The notes under the pieces: generated by a model
Told to the model about the DNA's origin: nothing
Database searches by the model: none
Seen by the model: only the letters and a program-made list of their open reading frames with translations
Shown here: positions 37,017 through 47,081 of the stretch, piece after piece
Position numbering within the stretch: the stretch's first letter is position 1
How the letters are laid out: every line of letters begins with the position of its first letter
Made by a program: the position numbers and the translations under genes
Virus record (IMG/VR): IMGVR_UViG_3300028558_000016
Coordinates: 214,014 to 278,013 of that record
DNA: 64,000 nt
Reading direction: 5' to 3' (one strand)
Source: a virus

Positions 37017-38687
37017 ATGGCAAATATTGATAAGATCACATCGAGCAGCACGGCAGAATACTTCTCAAAGAACCTTCAACAGGTGGGATTCTCATCTCAC
37101 ACTAAAGCAGTTTTGACTGTTGTTAAGGAATCTGTAGATAATTCTCTTGATGCCTGCGAAGAAGCTGGAATACTTCCAAACATCAACGTCATCATCGAAA
37201 AGATGGGACCTGGAACATTAACTGGTTCGGACCAAATTCGTGTTCGAGTGGAAGATAATGGTCCTGGAATAAATCAAGAAGACATTCAAAAAGTTTTCGG
37301 AGAATATCTTTCGTCATCCAAATTCGGAAGAGGTAGATGTTCGAGAGGGCAACAAGGTATAGGAATCTCTGCAGCAACCACATGGGCCCAATTGACTAAT
37401 GCGATGGGCGTAAGAGTAATCACAAAAAGGAAAGAGAATAATAAAGCCATAAAATGCCTCGTTGAAGTTGACATCAAAAATAACAAGGGTGTTATCAAAG
37501 ATAAGGAGTCAATAACATGGAATAAACCTCATGGCACTTGTGTTGAGTTTATATTTGACGGAAGAATACAAGCCAACGGAGAACTTGGTTTAATAAACTA
37601 CCTAACAGGAACCGCACTTGTGAATCCACACATGTCCATGGATTATAAGATCTTTGGATTTGAACAGAAGGTTCTAACCCGAGTAAGCAATGACATGCCG
37701 GAAATTCCAGAGGCAGTCGAACCACATCCACACACTTTAAAACTTGGTGAATTCATAGCGCACTCACACATGTATGGGAAAACTAAAGTAGACCATTGGT
37801 TGAAAAAAGGTTTCTCCAGAATAAACGAAGGCACTCTTAAAGACATTGCTAAGCATGGAGGAAAGGGAATGATGACAAAACAAGTCGATAGCTTAAATGA
37901 TGTCGAACTTAAAACTCTATTTAAAGCAATACAAGATACAAAGCTAATGGCTCCGATGACAAAGAGCGTAATGTCGATTGGAGAGGAAGCATTTTCAAAA
38001 AGCATGAAGAGACTTGGAACAGTAAATTTCTTTTCCATAGTTTCAAGAACTCCTTGCGTATGTGATTTTAAACCAGTTCTTGTGGAAGTTGCAATTGCTC
38101 GTGTGTCAGATGGTGGACCTGAAGATTCATCCGCTCAAGTTCTAAGATTTGCAAACAGAGTTCCTCTTCAGTTTGATAAGTCGTCTTGCGCAATAGTCAA
38201 ATCAATTGAGAGCGTAAATTGGAAAGCATACGGATTAAACCAACCAAAGAATTCTCTTCCATTAGGACCATACATCATAGCAGTTTCAGTTGTTTCTCCT
38301 TTCATCAAGTTTAAAAATGCTTCTAAAGAAACAATCGATGCATCAGATGAATTAGTGGAAGAAATAAGAAAAGCATTAATACAAGCAGGGCAGAGATTAT
38401 CAAAACACATCAAACATGAGGATAAGGCAGCAGAGCTTGAAAAGAAGTTAAGACACATCGAACAGTTCTGTCCAATATTATTAAATGGATTGTGTCATAT
38501 AACAAATGCTTCCAAGACAAGAAGAAATCAAGCAGAAAAAGGTCTTGCCAATCTTCTTGGAAGAGATGCAAAATCGACAAAGCTCGAACTTGATCAAGCA
38601 ACAAAAAGCTTAAACAAGGCTAAAGAAAAAGGAACCATCCAAAATAAAGAAAAAGGATTGGACGAAATAATGGATGATTTAATTTAA
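37017..38687 (+). CDS. type IIB DNA topoisomerase (Topo VI-like) subunit B, GHKL ATPase
   Basis: Bergerat-fold motifs ESVDNSLDA (N box), DNGPGI (G1), GQQGIGISAA (G2). Confidence 0.8.
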   Translation: MANIDKITSSSTAEYFSKNLQQVGFSSHTKAVLTVVKESVDNSLDACEEAGILPNINVIIEKMGPGTLTGSDQIRVRVEDNGPGINQEDIQKVFGEYLSSSKFGRGRCSRGQQGIGISAATTWAQLTNAMGVRVITKRKENNKAIKCLVEVDIKNNKGVIKDKESITWNKPHGTCVEFIFDGRIQANGELGLINYLTGTALVNPHMSMDYKIFGFEQKVLTRVSNDMPEIPEAVEPHPHTLKLGEFIAHSHMYGKTKVDHWLKKGFSRINEGTLKDIAKHGGKGMMTKQVDSLNDVELKTLFKAIQDTKLMAPMTKSVMSIGEEAFSKSMKRLGTVNFFSIVSRTPCVCDFKPVLVEVAIARVSDGGPEDSSAQVLRFANRVPLQFDKSSCAIVKSIESVNWKAYGLNQPKNSLPLGPYIIAVSVVSPFIKFKNASKETIDASDELVEEIRKALIQAGQRLSKHIKHEDKAAELEKKLRHIEQFCPILLNGLCHITNASKTRRNQAEKGLANLLGRDAKSTKLELDQATKSLNKAKEKGTIQNKEKGLDEIMDDLI

Positions 38688-38691
38688 AACA

Positions 38692-39843
38692 ATGGCAAAA
38701 AATAACGACATATCAAAACTAAGCAAGGACATTTGCGAAAGACTTTTGTCAGACTTGGAAAATTCTAAGAGACCAACATTGAAAGCAACAAAGTGTTCTT
38801 TGGACAATGCTGTGTATGATTTCAAAAAGGGATATTTGACGGCTGGACCAAAGAAAGTAATAACGGAATTGAATGTTAGCTCGGTCAAGAAGATGGCAAG
38901 AACTATATTTGTTCTTAAGATCATTTTAAGAAACATAGAGGTTGGAGCGGTCAACACTAAACGTGAGATTTATTACATCTGCAAAGGTGAAATAAAACAT
39001 GATCCTTCGTTGAAACCAATAAACTTTGAAGACCAAAGCGAGTCAGACGAAATAATAGATTTCATTTGTGAGTTATTGGAATGTTACAGAGAAGAATTGA
39101 ATTGCTTCGCCAACGATAGAGGTGGACAAACATATTCGCAAAACCTAATTGTGACCGAAACATTAAATGACGGAACAATTGCAACCATAGATCTTTCCAA
39201 ATTAGGAACAACTCCTTTTCAACCTAAAAACAGACCTCAAAGCTTAAAGCTATCTTCTAACGCAGGAAAGAAGAAACCTGATTTCTGTTTGATAGTTGAG
39301 TCAGAAGGTACTGCCAACACGCTCGTGTCAAACGGTTTCACCAAAAGGAATAATTGCATTTTGTTAGGTGCTCAAGGAGTTCCATCAAATGCAGTAAGAG
39401 GTTGGTGCAAGCTTATACAGGATGATCTTAAAATTCCATTATATTTCTTTGGTGACCTTGACGCATACACCATGCAAAACATTTTCAGAACGTTGAAAGC
39501 CGGATCAGCATCAAGCATTTTAAGGAATGCAGATTTCTCTGCACCCGACGTTAAGTTCCTTGGTGTTCTTCCTAAGGACATAAAGAAATACGATCTCAAT
39601 GATTACCCGGTAAAGACAAGCGATGCTCAGGAAGTAAGAGCTTTGAAGAAAGCTGCTGATGCTTTGAAAAATGATCCTTTCTTTCAAGACAAGAACAACA
39701 AGGGGTTAACTGAGGTGTTGAAATGGTTATTAGTCAATAAGAGACGTTGCGAGCAACAATCTTTCTTCAGTGTTAATCCCAAGGATCCTATAATGCCAGA
39801 GAAGATAATTCTTGACAAGATAAAGAATGGGGATTTCTTATAA
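38692..39843 (+). CDS. type IIB DNA topoisomerase subunit A (Spo11/Topo VI-A-like)
   Basis: Catalytic-Tyr context REIYYICKGE; Toprim acidic residues LIVESEGTANTL and YFFGDLDAYT. Confidence 0.8.
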   Translation: MAKNNDISKLSKDICERLLSDLENSKRPTLKATKCSLDNAVYDFKKGYLTAGPKKVITELNVSSVKKMARTIFVLKIILRNIEVGAVNTKREIYYICKGEIKHDPSLKPINFEDQSESDEIIDFICELLECYREELNCFANDRGGQTYSQNLIVTETLNDGTIATIDLSKLGTTPFQPKNRPQSLKLSSNAGKKKPDFCLIVESEGTANTLVSNGFTKRNNCILLGAQGVPSNAVRGWCKLIQDDLKIPLYFFGDLDAYTMQNIFRTLKAGSASSILRNADFSAPDVKFLGVLPKDIKKYDLNDYPVKTSDAQEVRALKKAADALKNDPFFQDKNNKGLTEVLKWLLVNKRRCEQQSFFSVNPKDPIMPEKIILDKIKNGDFL

Positions 39844-39904
39844 ACCGAAACTTTGCAAAATCTAACTTATAGAATGATTAAACAATCTAATACAGATATA
39901 AACC

Positions 39905-40702
39905 ATGAGCACAACAACGACAAAAACTAAGAAACAAGTTGCAACATTTAAGATCAAATCACCGAACAATTTCATTTCATTCTTAAAACGTTTCTCTCCA
40001 ATAGAGAAATCACTGTTGCTTGAATTAGCAGAAGATCCTAAGACTCCAGGCACCTATGCAATGGTGGCCAAGTCACATACACCAGACAGATCAACAATAA
40101 AATACTCTAAGCTTCCATTAACTGAAGTTCTCGAGGGGACAGTGCCTGCAAAGAACTTAAAGGTTGCTTTGCTCGACATCAATAAGGTAGTAAACGTGTT
40201 TAGACATTTCAACGATGGTGATGAGATATTTCTCGACATCTCTTACGATGATGTTAATGATGATACATTTGCTTTCAGTTTAAAATTCTACACGAAATCA
40301 TTGAAGATTAATTTGACCTGTGCTGATCCAATTCAGTTCACACATATTTCGGCTGAAGCATTAAAGAGAATTGTGAAGTCTGTGGATGATGAAAAGATCC
40401 TCGAATTCCCTTTCCCTAAAGAAGCATTCTCGAAAATAAATTCTCTTTGCGGAATTGATGCTGGGGATGATTTACTCAAAATCAAAGTAACAGCAGAAGG
40501 TGAAGTGTTCTTCACAAGCAAATCATTCGAGTATCACATCCTCGATGTACCTGCTGGAAAAGAAGCTAACATGGCATTCTACAACAGCCAATTCGCTTTC
40601 ATCGACCAAGAGGTTTCTGCTTTTCACTTAAGCCAAAACAAGTTACTCGTTAAATCAACTGATTCAAACACGATGATCATCGTTGGTAGAATCGAAAGAT
40701 AA
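39905..40702 (+). CDS. possible sliding clamp (gp45-like); otherwise hypothetical
   Basis: 265 aa; position among replication genes; loose N-terminal resemblance to T4 gp45 (ATFKIKSPNNFISFLKRFS vs ...TTALLKNFATINSG...). Confidence 0.3.
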   Translation: MSTTTTKTKKQVATFKIKSPNNFISFLKRFSPIEKSLLLELAEDPKTPGTYAMVAKSHTPDRSTIKYSKLPLTEVLEGTVPAKNLKVALLDINKVVNVFRHFNDGDEIFLDISYDDVNDDTFAFSLKFYTKSLKINLTCADPIQFTHISAEALKRIVKSVDDEKILEFPFPKEAFSKINSLCGIDAGDDLLKIKVTAEGEVFFTSKSFEYHILDVPAGKEANMAFYNSQFAFIDQEVSAFHLSQNKLLVKSTDSNTMIIVGRIER

Positions 40703-40707
40703 TCACA

Positions 40708-41163
40708 ATGAAAAAAGATTTGTTTGTCATAACTGGACTTTCCTGTTTTGCAAGCACGCAAGCTGACGCAAAAAAATTAACTCAAGAAATGAGAGTTAAA
40801 TATAGCGGAAGAAACTGCAAGATGACGTTGAAGCGTGTTGTTGACTTAACTGCTAAAAAGATAGAAGAGTCCTCATACTTCATGCATTGCGGAAATACTA
40901 ACTATGATGGTGTTTCGAGTTTTGATCCTTATGTAAAAGGAATCAAACACATTGGCGAAAGCACTAAAGGAATTCCATTATTCATATTGGACTCAGAGCA
41001 GATAATAAAGGGAGTCATTGTTGAAATGGAGTACAATGTGAAGAAAGTTGTTGGTAAAAAAACAGAAGATCATTTAGTTCCTGTTAAGGTAGTAAAAATA
41101 ATAGGATACATGAATGTGGAAAAAGCGCAAAAAACAAAAGATAAAATAACGCCTCTATTTTAG
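40708..41163 (+). CDS. secreted protein
   Basis: Signal peptide MKKDLFVITGLSCFASTQA. Confidence 0.5.
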   Translation: MKKDLFVITGLSCFASTQADAKKLTQEMRVKYSGRNCKMTLKRVVDLTAKKIEESSYFMHCGNTNYDGVSSFDPYVKGIKHIGESTKGIPLFILDSEQIIKGVIVEMEYNVKKVVGKKTEDHLVPVKVVKIIGYMNVEKAQKTKDKITPLF

Positions 41164-41164
41164 T

Positions 41165-41470
41165 ATGGACGAATTTCAAACAAGACAATTTTGGAAAATG
41201 AAACCACAAGACATAAAACCAATAACATACAGACATCTTAAAGAATTATTAAATTCTTTGGATGAGTCACATTTAGATCACCCAGTTAGATGGGGAGGTG
41301 ACAACACCAGTGGATTAATAACTGGAACTTGGCTGGTCGAAGAAGACCAAATAAATCCGTCAGGAGATGGTTGGGAGCCTAAATCAGCTTACAAAGATGA
41401 TCCAGATTTTGATGTGACCGATGAACCTGTTGTTTGTCCGAGCGGATCTTTGATTTTGCTATGTGAGTAA
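41165..41470 (+). CDS. hypothetical protein
   Basis: 101 aa. Confidence 0.45.
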   Translation: MDEFQTRQFWKMKPQDIKPITYRHLKELLNSLDESHLDHPVRWGGDNTSGLITGTWLVEEDQINPSGDGWEPKSAYKDDPDFDVTDEPVVCPSGSLILLCE

Positions 41471-41656
41471 ATGGGAAATTTTATGATACCTGTTTGTTGT
41501 GTTTGTGGAAAATCAGCTCCTCATTGGCATAACAGTGAATGGGAAAAAGCTGGTGGGCTTCAGGATTTTTGTCCTGAACATGTCAAACTCATAAAAACAG
41601 TTCACGGAGAATTTGAAGAATATGTAGTGAATCATTTAGAAAAAGCCGTTCATTGA
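41471..41656 (+). CDS. small Cys/His-rich protein
   Basis: CCVCGKSAPHWH...CPEH; stop lies in terminator loop. Confidence 0.4.
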   Translation: MGNFMIPVCCVCGKSAPHWHNSEWEKAGGLQDFCPEHVKLIKTVHGEFEEYVVNHLEKAVH

Positions 41657-41672
41657 GCGGCTTTTTTTATTT
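41641..41672 (+). terminator. rho-independent terminator
   Basis: AAAAGCCG-TTCATTGAG-CGGCTTTT then TTTATTTT. Confidence 0.65.
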
Positions 41673-41716
41673 TAAACAATTTCGAAACTTCGAATCTCTC
41701 ACAACATAAAACATAC

Positions 41717-42931
41717 ATGAGCTTTCAATATACACAAATAGATCCAGAAACAGCTACCCCGGAAGAAATTAAGGCCGAGATAGACAGGATGAAACAACTT
41801 TCCAATGAGTGGAAAAACGAAGAACAAGCAGTAAAAATCTTAATTAATTCCATGTATGGTGCTCTTGGAAATAAGTGGCTCGTATGTTTCAACCCAGACG
41901 TTGCTGAGACCGTAACACATCAAGGACAAAACTTCTTCATGCTTGCGGAAAAATCTATAAATCATTATTTCCAAAACATGTGGGTTAAGGATACAGAGCT
42001 TCATGCAAAGCTTGGAATTGTTGGAGAAGTAAAACCCGTAAAAAAACCTGTTGTAATTGCTGGAGACACTGATAGCTGTTATGTTTGTTGGGACGAAGTA
42101 GTGGAGTCTTTCGATTGGGAAGCATCCAATGTTGAAGGTGGACCTCATGGACTCATATTGAAAATAAATGAATTCCGATTTGCTAACTTCTTAAACACCG
42201 TGTTTGACAGATATGCAGCAAGAGAGAAAACAAAGAACTATCAAGATTTTGAACTCGAGAATATTTCTGAATCTGCTATATGGCTTGCAAAGAAGAAGTA
42301 CTTATTGAATGTTGTATGGCAAGATGGAATTGACATCAATACTCTTACTCAGATCACATTCAAGGGAGTTGAATTAGCACAATCATCAACTCCTGAATTT
42401 GCGAGAGAGAAATTAAAAGATCTCGTTAAGTTCGTATTCACAAATAAGAAAGGGTTGAAGCTTAACGACATCATCGGTCTATTAAAAAAATATAAAGAAG
42501 AATTCAAGATAGCTGATCCTCAGAAAGTTTCCATGGGTAGAGGAATAACTGATTATAGCAAATACATTTTGAATGACTCAACTAAATTTGAGGTGGCAAG
42601 CAAATGTCCAATTCACGTTAGGGCTGCAGGATATTACAATTATTTGCTTAACCAAAATCCAAAATTAAAAAGCAAGTACGAAGTAATAAAGGCTGGTGAC
42701 AAGATTAAATTCTTCCACGCTAAGACAAAGGGATGGTCCGAGAATTTAGCGAGCAACGAAGAGGATGTATTCGCATTTCTTCCAGGATCTTTTCCTGTGG
42801 AGTTTGCTCCTCCAATTGATTATGATAATCAATTCACTAAAACTATCATTGACCCAATAAATAGGATCACCTCAGCAATGGGACTTCCAGATATTGGCCC
42901 GAATTTATTTATTGCGCATGCGCTTTTCTAA
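41717..42931 (+). CDS. family B DNA polymerase, C-terminal segment (motifs B and C, thumb)
   Basis: Motif B KILINSMYGALG, motif C IAGDTDSCYV; begins ~45 aa before motif B. Confidence 0.85.
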   Translation: MSFQYTQIDPETATPEEIKAEIDRMKQLSNEWKNEEQAVKILINSMYGALGNKWLVCFNPDVAETVTHQGQNFFMLAEKSINHYFQNMWVKDTELHAKLGIVGEVKPVKKPVVIAGDTDSCYVCWDEVVESFDWEASNVEGGPHGLILKINEFRFANFLNTVFDRYAAREKTKNYQDFELENISESAIWLAKKKYLLNVVWQDGIDINTLTQITFKGVELAQSSTPEFAREKLKDLVKFVFTNKKGLKLNDIIGLLKKYKEEFKIADPQKVSMGRGITDYSKYILNDSTKFEVASKCPIHVRAAGYYNYLLNQNPKLKSKYEVIKAGDKIKFFHAKTKGWSENLASNEEDVFAFLPGSFPVEFAPPIDYDNQFTKTIIDPINRITSAMGLPDIGPNLFIAHALF

Positions 42932-43226
42932 AAAATTAATTGATTGGATAACGAAGACCGTTTTAGAAACGAGAGGTGCGTCATTTCGTTACAACATCAA
43001 TTACGCGAACAGCTTGATGAAACGAGTTGACCGATTGATTGAGGAAGAATATGCCCTAAACCTTCCAGGAGGAACAACATACAGTTGGCACATCAAGCAT
43101 TCGTTGATGAGTGTTAGGTTTGCCATAATGAATGGCACTCTTAGCACTGACCTAATTGGAGACAGATTGGACCAGCTCTCAGACAGAATAGATGAAGCAA
43201 CAGAATTATTTAAAAGAGGAAGATAA
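42918..43226 (+). CDS. hypothetical protein
   Basis: Track ORF 42894; start placed at ATG 42918 (MRFSKK). Confidence 0.4.
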   Translation: MRFSKKLIDWITKTVLETRGASFRYNINYANSLMKRVDRLIEEEYALNLPGGTTYSWHIKHSLMSVRFAIMNGTLSTDLIGDRLDQLSDRIDEATELFKRGR

Positions 43227-43501
43227 TGGAATTAGTTGATTTTGTTCAAAATAAAATATTACAGAGAAGAAGGGCATTTGATAGGAACCACGTCATTTTT
43301 AAATATGCAGATTACCTTCTTGAAAGTATAGCTAAACTTAAATTTCCATTGAAGTACGGAAGGATAGCACGTTTGATATATGATACTAACCATGATTTCT
43401 ATATTGGAAAAATTTCAGAAGATGAAGCAAGAGAACATCTTGAATATTTTGCAAGTAAAATAGACACATTTCACGAACATGAAAATCGTAAAAACATTTA
43501 A
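43226..43501 (+). CDS. hypothetical protein
   Basis: 91 aa. Confidence 0.45.
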   Translation: MELVDFVQNKILQRRRAFDRNHVIFKYADYLLESIAKLKFPLKYGRIARLIYDTNHDFYIGKISEDEAREHLEYFASKIDTFHEHENRKNI

Positions 43502-43895
43502 AGATGGAACAGTCCTGGTCGAATCCGACCAAGGAAGCGCCGTCATGGACCTTGACGAATATGAACGTCTAAGGCTCAAAAATTTTGATCTCGGAGAAGA
43601 GATCTTAAAAAGATTGAAGGACACTTTTTCTCATTGCTCATTCTCAATACATGAGATGAAATCGAGAGAACACATCTACATGGATGACTCAATAGAACTC
43701 ACAAACTTGTCAATAGGGTCTCTTGAATTCTGGATACGTGACGAGAAAATGACATACGATGATATTATGAAGTATATGGACCAGAAAATCATGCCTCCTA
43801 TATTAATGGAAGTTAATAAAGTTGAATGCAAAAGGTGTCAGGATTTCATGTATTTTTTCAATCATTATGCCCGAAACAAAGGCCCTAAAGACTAA
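43479..43895 (+). CDS. hypothetical protein
   Basis: 138 aa. Confidence 0.45.
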   Translation: MKIVKTFKDGTVLVESDQGSAVMDLDEYERLRLKNFDLGEEILKRLKDTFSHCSFSIHEMKSREHIYMDDSIELTNLSIGSLEFWIRDEKMTYDDIMKYMDQKIMPPILMEVNKVECKRCQDFMYFFNHYARNKGPKD

Positions 43896-43906
43896 TAGAA
43901 TTAAAT

Positions 43907-44224
43907 ATGTTAGAGGTTTCTGCGTACATAGCAATGCTTATAGTTTTAGTTTCTTTCACGATGAAGGACATGGTGAAACTCAGGATATTAAACAGCATTG
44001 CCTGTGCCATATTCGTGGTGTATGGAATTGCACATGACACGATGCCGATAGTAGTGATGAACATTTCTGTGATACTAATAAATGTTTATTATTTGATCAA
44101 GACTAAACGAACAACAAAAATATTTGAGGGAAGTAAACCTCTCACTGGTTTTGAAGCTGATGTGCTTAGCGAGACTTTAAGTAAGACCTCAAAAAGCACT
44201 CCAACACTTCCAGGAAGAAAATGA
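43907..44224 (+). CDS. small membrane protein
   Basis: Three hydrophobic helices. Confidence 0.45.
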   Translation: MLEVSAYIAMLIVLVSFTMKDMVKLRILNSIACAIFVVYGIAHDTMPIVVMNISVILINVYYLIKTKRTTKIFEGSKPLTGFEADVLSETLSKTSKSTPTLPGRK

Positions 44225-44262
44225 TCTGAACGATTATTAACAAACAAAAAACGTCAATTAAA

Positions 44263-45543
44263 ATGGCAAAAAAAGTAACAACAAAAGCAGCTTCAACGAA
44301 AGCAACAACGTCAAAAGGATTCGACTTCGGAAAATTCGATGCACAGCTATCGAAGATTGAAGGATTCGAAACAGGGTCAATTTTCGAGAACAATGTATTC
44401 TCCGAAGTGGATGAGTGGATCAGCGTAGGAAACTACTTGATGAATGCTCAATTCTCTGGAACATTGTTTGGTGGAATTCCAAACACAAGAAGCGTAGGAT
44501 TTGGTGGAGATCCAGGAAGCGGTAAAACGTTCCTGTGTTTGAACATCGTACGCGAAGCACAAAAGACAGGATACTTTGTATTCTATTGTGACACAGAAGG
44601 AGCAGTGGATAGAGAACAAGCAACAAACTTTGGGATTGACACATCGAAAGTAAGGTATCAACCTATCAAGACGATTTCTCAATTCAAAACATTTGTGGTC
44701 ACTGTTATTGGAATGTTGAAAGAAGAAAAGAAAAAACGTCCAGACAATGATCCGCCTAAGTTCATGATTGTGTTAGACTCTCTTGGAATGTTAACCACAG
44801 ACAAGGAACAAAAAGATGCAATCGCAGGACACAACGCGCAAGACATGGGGTCTAAAGCTAAGGAGCTTCGTTCATTGTTTAGAAACATCACGTTAGACCT
44901 TGCAGAACACAGAGTTCCATTAATATGTACAAACCACTCTTCGTGGGGAGGTATGATGGCACCTAAGACTGTATCAGGTGGTGACGGTCCAATTTTTGCA
45001 ATGTCTCTTTTGTCGATGTTAAGCACAAAACAATTGAAAGAAGGTGATGTTAAAACTGGAATCATTGTTAAGAGCAGCATGAAGAAAAGCAGATTTGCTA
45101 TTCCAAGATCAATCGAAATTCACATATCATTCTTGAAAGGAATGAATCCTTTCGTTGGTCTTGAGCACTTTATAAGCTGGGAAAATTGTGGAGTGGAAAG
45201 AGGAACTATCCTAACTGCAAAAGAAGCAACAAAACAAAAAGTGGATGGAGAAGCTTACAAGACAACCTTAGTCGATGAAGAGACTGGAGAAATGTCAGAA
45301 GTTGATTTAGTGTTTGTGGCTAAAGCGACTGCAAAAACATTCGCAGTAAAACATCTTGGCAAAAATGTTTCTCCCAAAGAATTATTTTCTGAGAAAGTGT
45401 TTACTCTTGAAGTTTTAAAACAGTTAGACGAAAACGCCATCAAGCCTTACTTCTCATTCCCTTCAAAAGAAGAAGCAGAAGCGCAAGAAGCAGCACAGTA
45501 CGAAGAAGTTTTAGATTCAGATGATTCTGAGTCTGAAGATTAA
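44263..45543 (+). CDS. uvsX: UvsX/RecA-family recombinase
   Basis: GGIPNTRSVGFGGDPGSGKTFLCLN Walker A in RecA context; acidic C-terminal tail DSDDSESED. Confidence 0.75.
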   Translation: MAKKVTTKAASTKATTSKGFDFGKFDAQLSKIEGFETGSIFENNVFSEVDEWISVGNYLMNAQFSGTLFGGIPNTRSVGFGGDPGSGKTFLCLNIVREAQKTGYFVFYCDTEGAVDREQATNFGIDTSKVRYQPIKTISQFKTFVVTVIGMLKEEKKKRPDNDPPKFMIVLDSLGMLTTDKEQKDAIAGHNAQDMGSKAKELRSLFRNITLDLAEHRVPLICTNHSSWGGMMAPKTVSGGDGPIFAMSLLSMLSTKQLKEGDVKTGIIVKSSMKKSRFAIPRSIEIHISFLKGMNPFVGLEHFISWENCGVERGTILTAKEATKQKVDGEAYKTTLVDEETGEMSEVDLVFVAKATAKTFAVKHLGKNVSPKELFSEKVFTLEVLKQLDENAIKPYFSFPSKEEAEAQEAAQYEEVLDSDDSESED

Positions 45544-45632
45544 ATAAATACTATACGGTTTTACGCGTTAATAAAGATTATAAGGGCGCTTAATCTTTTT
45601 CCGTATCTTGTTTTTAACTAACACACTTTTCC

Positions 45633-45962
45633 ATGAAGGACGACAAAGAAAAGAAGAAAGAGCCTGAGATTGATTTCGAATCCAAGTACTACCAGGCGAT
45701 GAAAGAAAACGTCCTACACAAGGACAAAAAGATCTCGATAGAATTCACTGCAATAGAGATAGATTTTTTGAAGTCTGTGATGTATGAAGAGCTGTATGAC
45801 GTGAGAGACCGTGCATACTTTTCCGATGATTCAGAGAATGATGAAGACAATGAAGCAATGAAAAATCTAAAACCTCAGAAGGATGTGGTTTTGAATTCAA
45901 TGATCGAAGAGAAAAGAACTATGATGGAAACCATAGTAAAAAAATTACGGTTTGAAATATGA
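45633..45962 (+). CDS. hypothetical protein
   Basis: 109 aa. Confidence 0.45.
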   Translation: MKDDKEKKKEPEIDFESKYYQAMKENVLHKDKKISIEFTAIEIDFLKSVMYEELYDVRDRAYFSDDSENDEDNEAMKNLKPQKDVVLNSMIEEKRTMMETIVKKLRFEI

Positions 45963-46276
45963 GCGACATCGTCGACAGAATAAACGAGGAGAACAGAAAG
46001 AAGTACGGAGAGGTTCAAGCATGTTGTGGACTTCATTACGAATATTGCAGATGCGAAACCAAACCTTTGAAATTTGAAAAGGATTATTGGTTTGGAACTC
46101 CTGGTGATGGACCAGCACCTAAAATAGAAACATTGGAATGGGATCACACTGATGACGAAGTTTCAAAATGGTTTAAAAAGAAATTAATGGAAGCAGCAGA
46201 GATGCCTTCAACTCTCGTTAAAGGAGAAAGATTTGTAAAAAAGACTTTTTGGCAACGATTAAAATTTTGGAAATGA
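45959..46276 (+). CDS. hypothetical protein
   Basis: 105 aa. Confidence 0.45.
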   Translation: MSDIVDRINEENRKKYGEVQACCGLHYEYCRCETKPLKFEKDYWFGTPGDGPAPKIETLEWDHTDDEVSKWFKKKLMEAAEMPSTLVKGERFVKKTFWQRLKFWK

Positions 46277-46578
46277 CACAAGAAAACATACCAGTAAAAT
46301 ACACAATGAACATTTGGAAAGGACTTCCTGTTTATCCAACTAAGCTCGACGTGTTGTTTGAGATCTATTCAAATCTATTCAAGAATGGAAAAACTGAATT
46401 CTCAGAGCTTACATTGAATTCCATTTGGTATGATGAAAAAGGATCTGGTAATTGGAAAGGAACTAAATACGAACATTATTTCATTGAGCTACAAAAGGAT
46501 TTGACCATAAGAGAAATAAAGAATACTAATGGAAAGTCTTGGTTAGTAATCGATGATTCTAAAAATCCATTCAAATGA
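46273..46578 (+). CDS. hypothetical protein
   Basis: Start at ATG 46273 (ATGA overlap) rather than track 46249. Confidence 0.45.
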   Translation: MTQENIPVKYTMNIWKGLPVYPTKLDVLFEIYSNLFKNGKTEFSELTLNSIWYDEKGSGNWKGTKYEHYFIELQKDLTIREIKNTNGKSWLVIDDSKNPFK

Positions 46579-46847
46579 ACATTAGCAAACATTTTGAATT
46601 CGAGGATTGGCACAAATGCTTTGCCTATTTTGATGAGATGGCAAAGCAGGAAATAAAAAATCTAAGGCTTGTGATAAGCACTCATTGGGCCTCAGAAGGA
46701 TATTGGATAGAAAACACAACTGAGGAAGTTTCTTCAGAAGATTACGTTTACACACCAGAAGAAGTTCCTGCACTTATGGAAAGAGTGAAAGATGGAATTG
46801 AACAAGCTAAAATACAAGGAATGCTTGGACCTGGTTTAATACTTTAA
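46575..46847 (+). CDS. hypothetical protein
   Basis: 90 aa. Confidence 0.45.
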   Translation: MNISKHFEFEDWHKCFAYFDEMAKQEIKNLRLVISTHWASEGYWIENTTEEVSSEDYVYTPEEVPALMERVKDGIEQAKIQGMLGPGLIL

Positions 46848-46859
46848 AACAATCATACA

Positions 46860-47081
46860 ATGAACATAATTCTTATTGACCTAAAAAACCCTAAGGAAGT
46901 TGAAAAATTCGTATCATTGAATCCATCAGGCAACGGAAAGATGCTTGATAATTACATTAAGGAAGGAAGAACTGAAATAGGGTACGACGAATCAACAGGA
47001 GATATTCTGTTGGCCATCCAAAATGGAAAATTGCTTTATCTCGAAGACAAATTGAATATTAACTTTAAAAGAATAGTATGA
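46860..47081 (+). CDS. hypothetical protein
   Basis: 73 aa. Confidence 0.4.
   Translation: MNIILIDLKNPKEVEKFVSLNPSGNGKMLDNYIKEGRTEIGYDESTGDILLAIQNGKLLYLEDKLNINFKRIV

Noticed and set aside
45574-45603. Possible terminator after uvsX (AAGATTA…TAATCTT + TTTCC)
   Set aside because: Stem is only 7 AT-rich bp with a 10-nt loop and a poor U-tract. Too weak to call.
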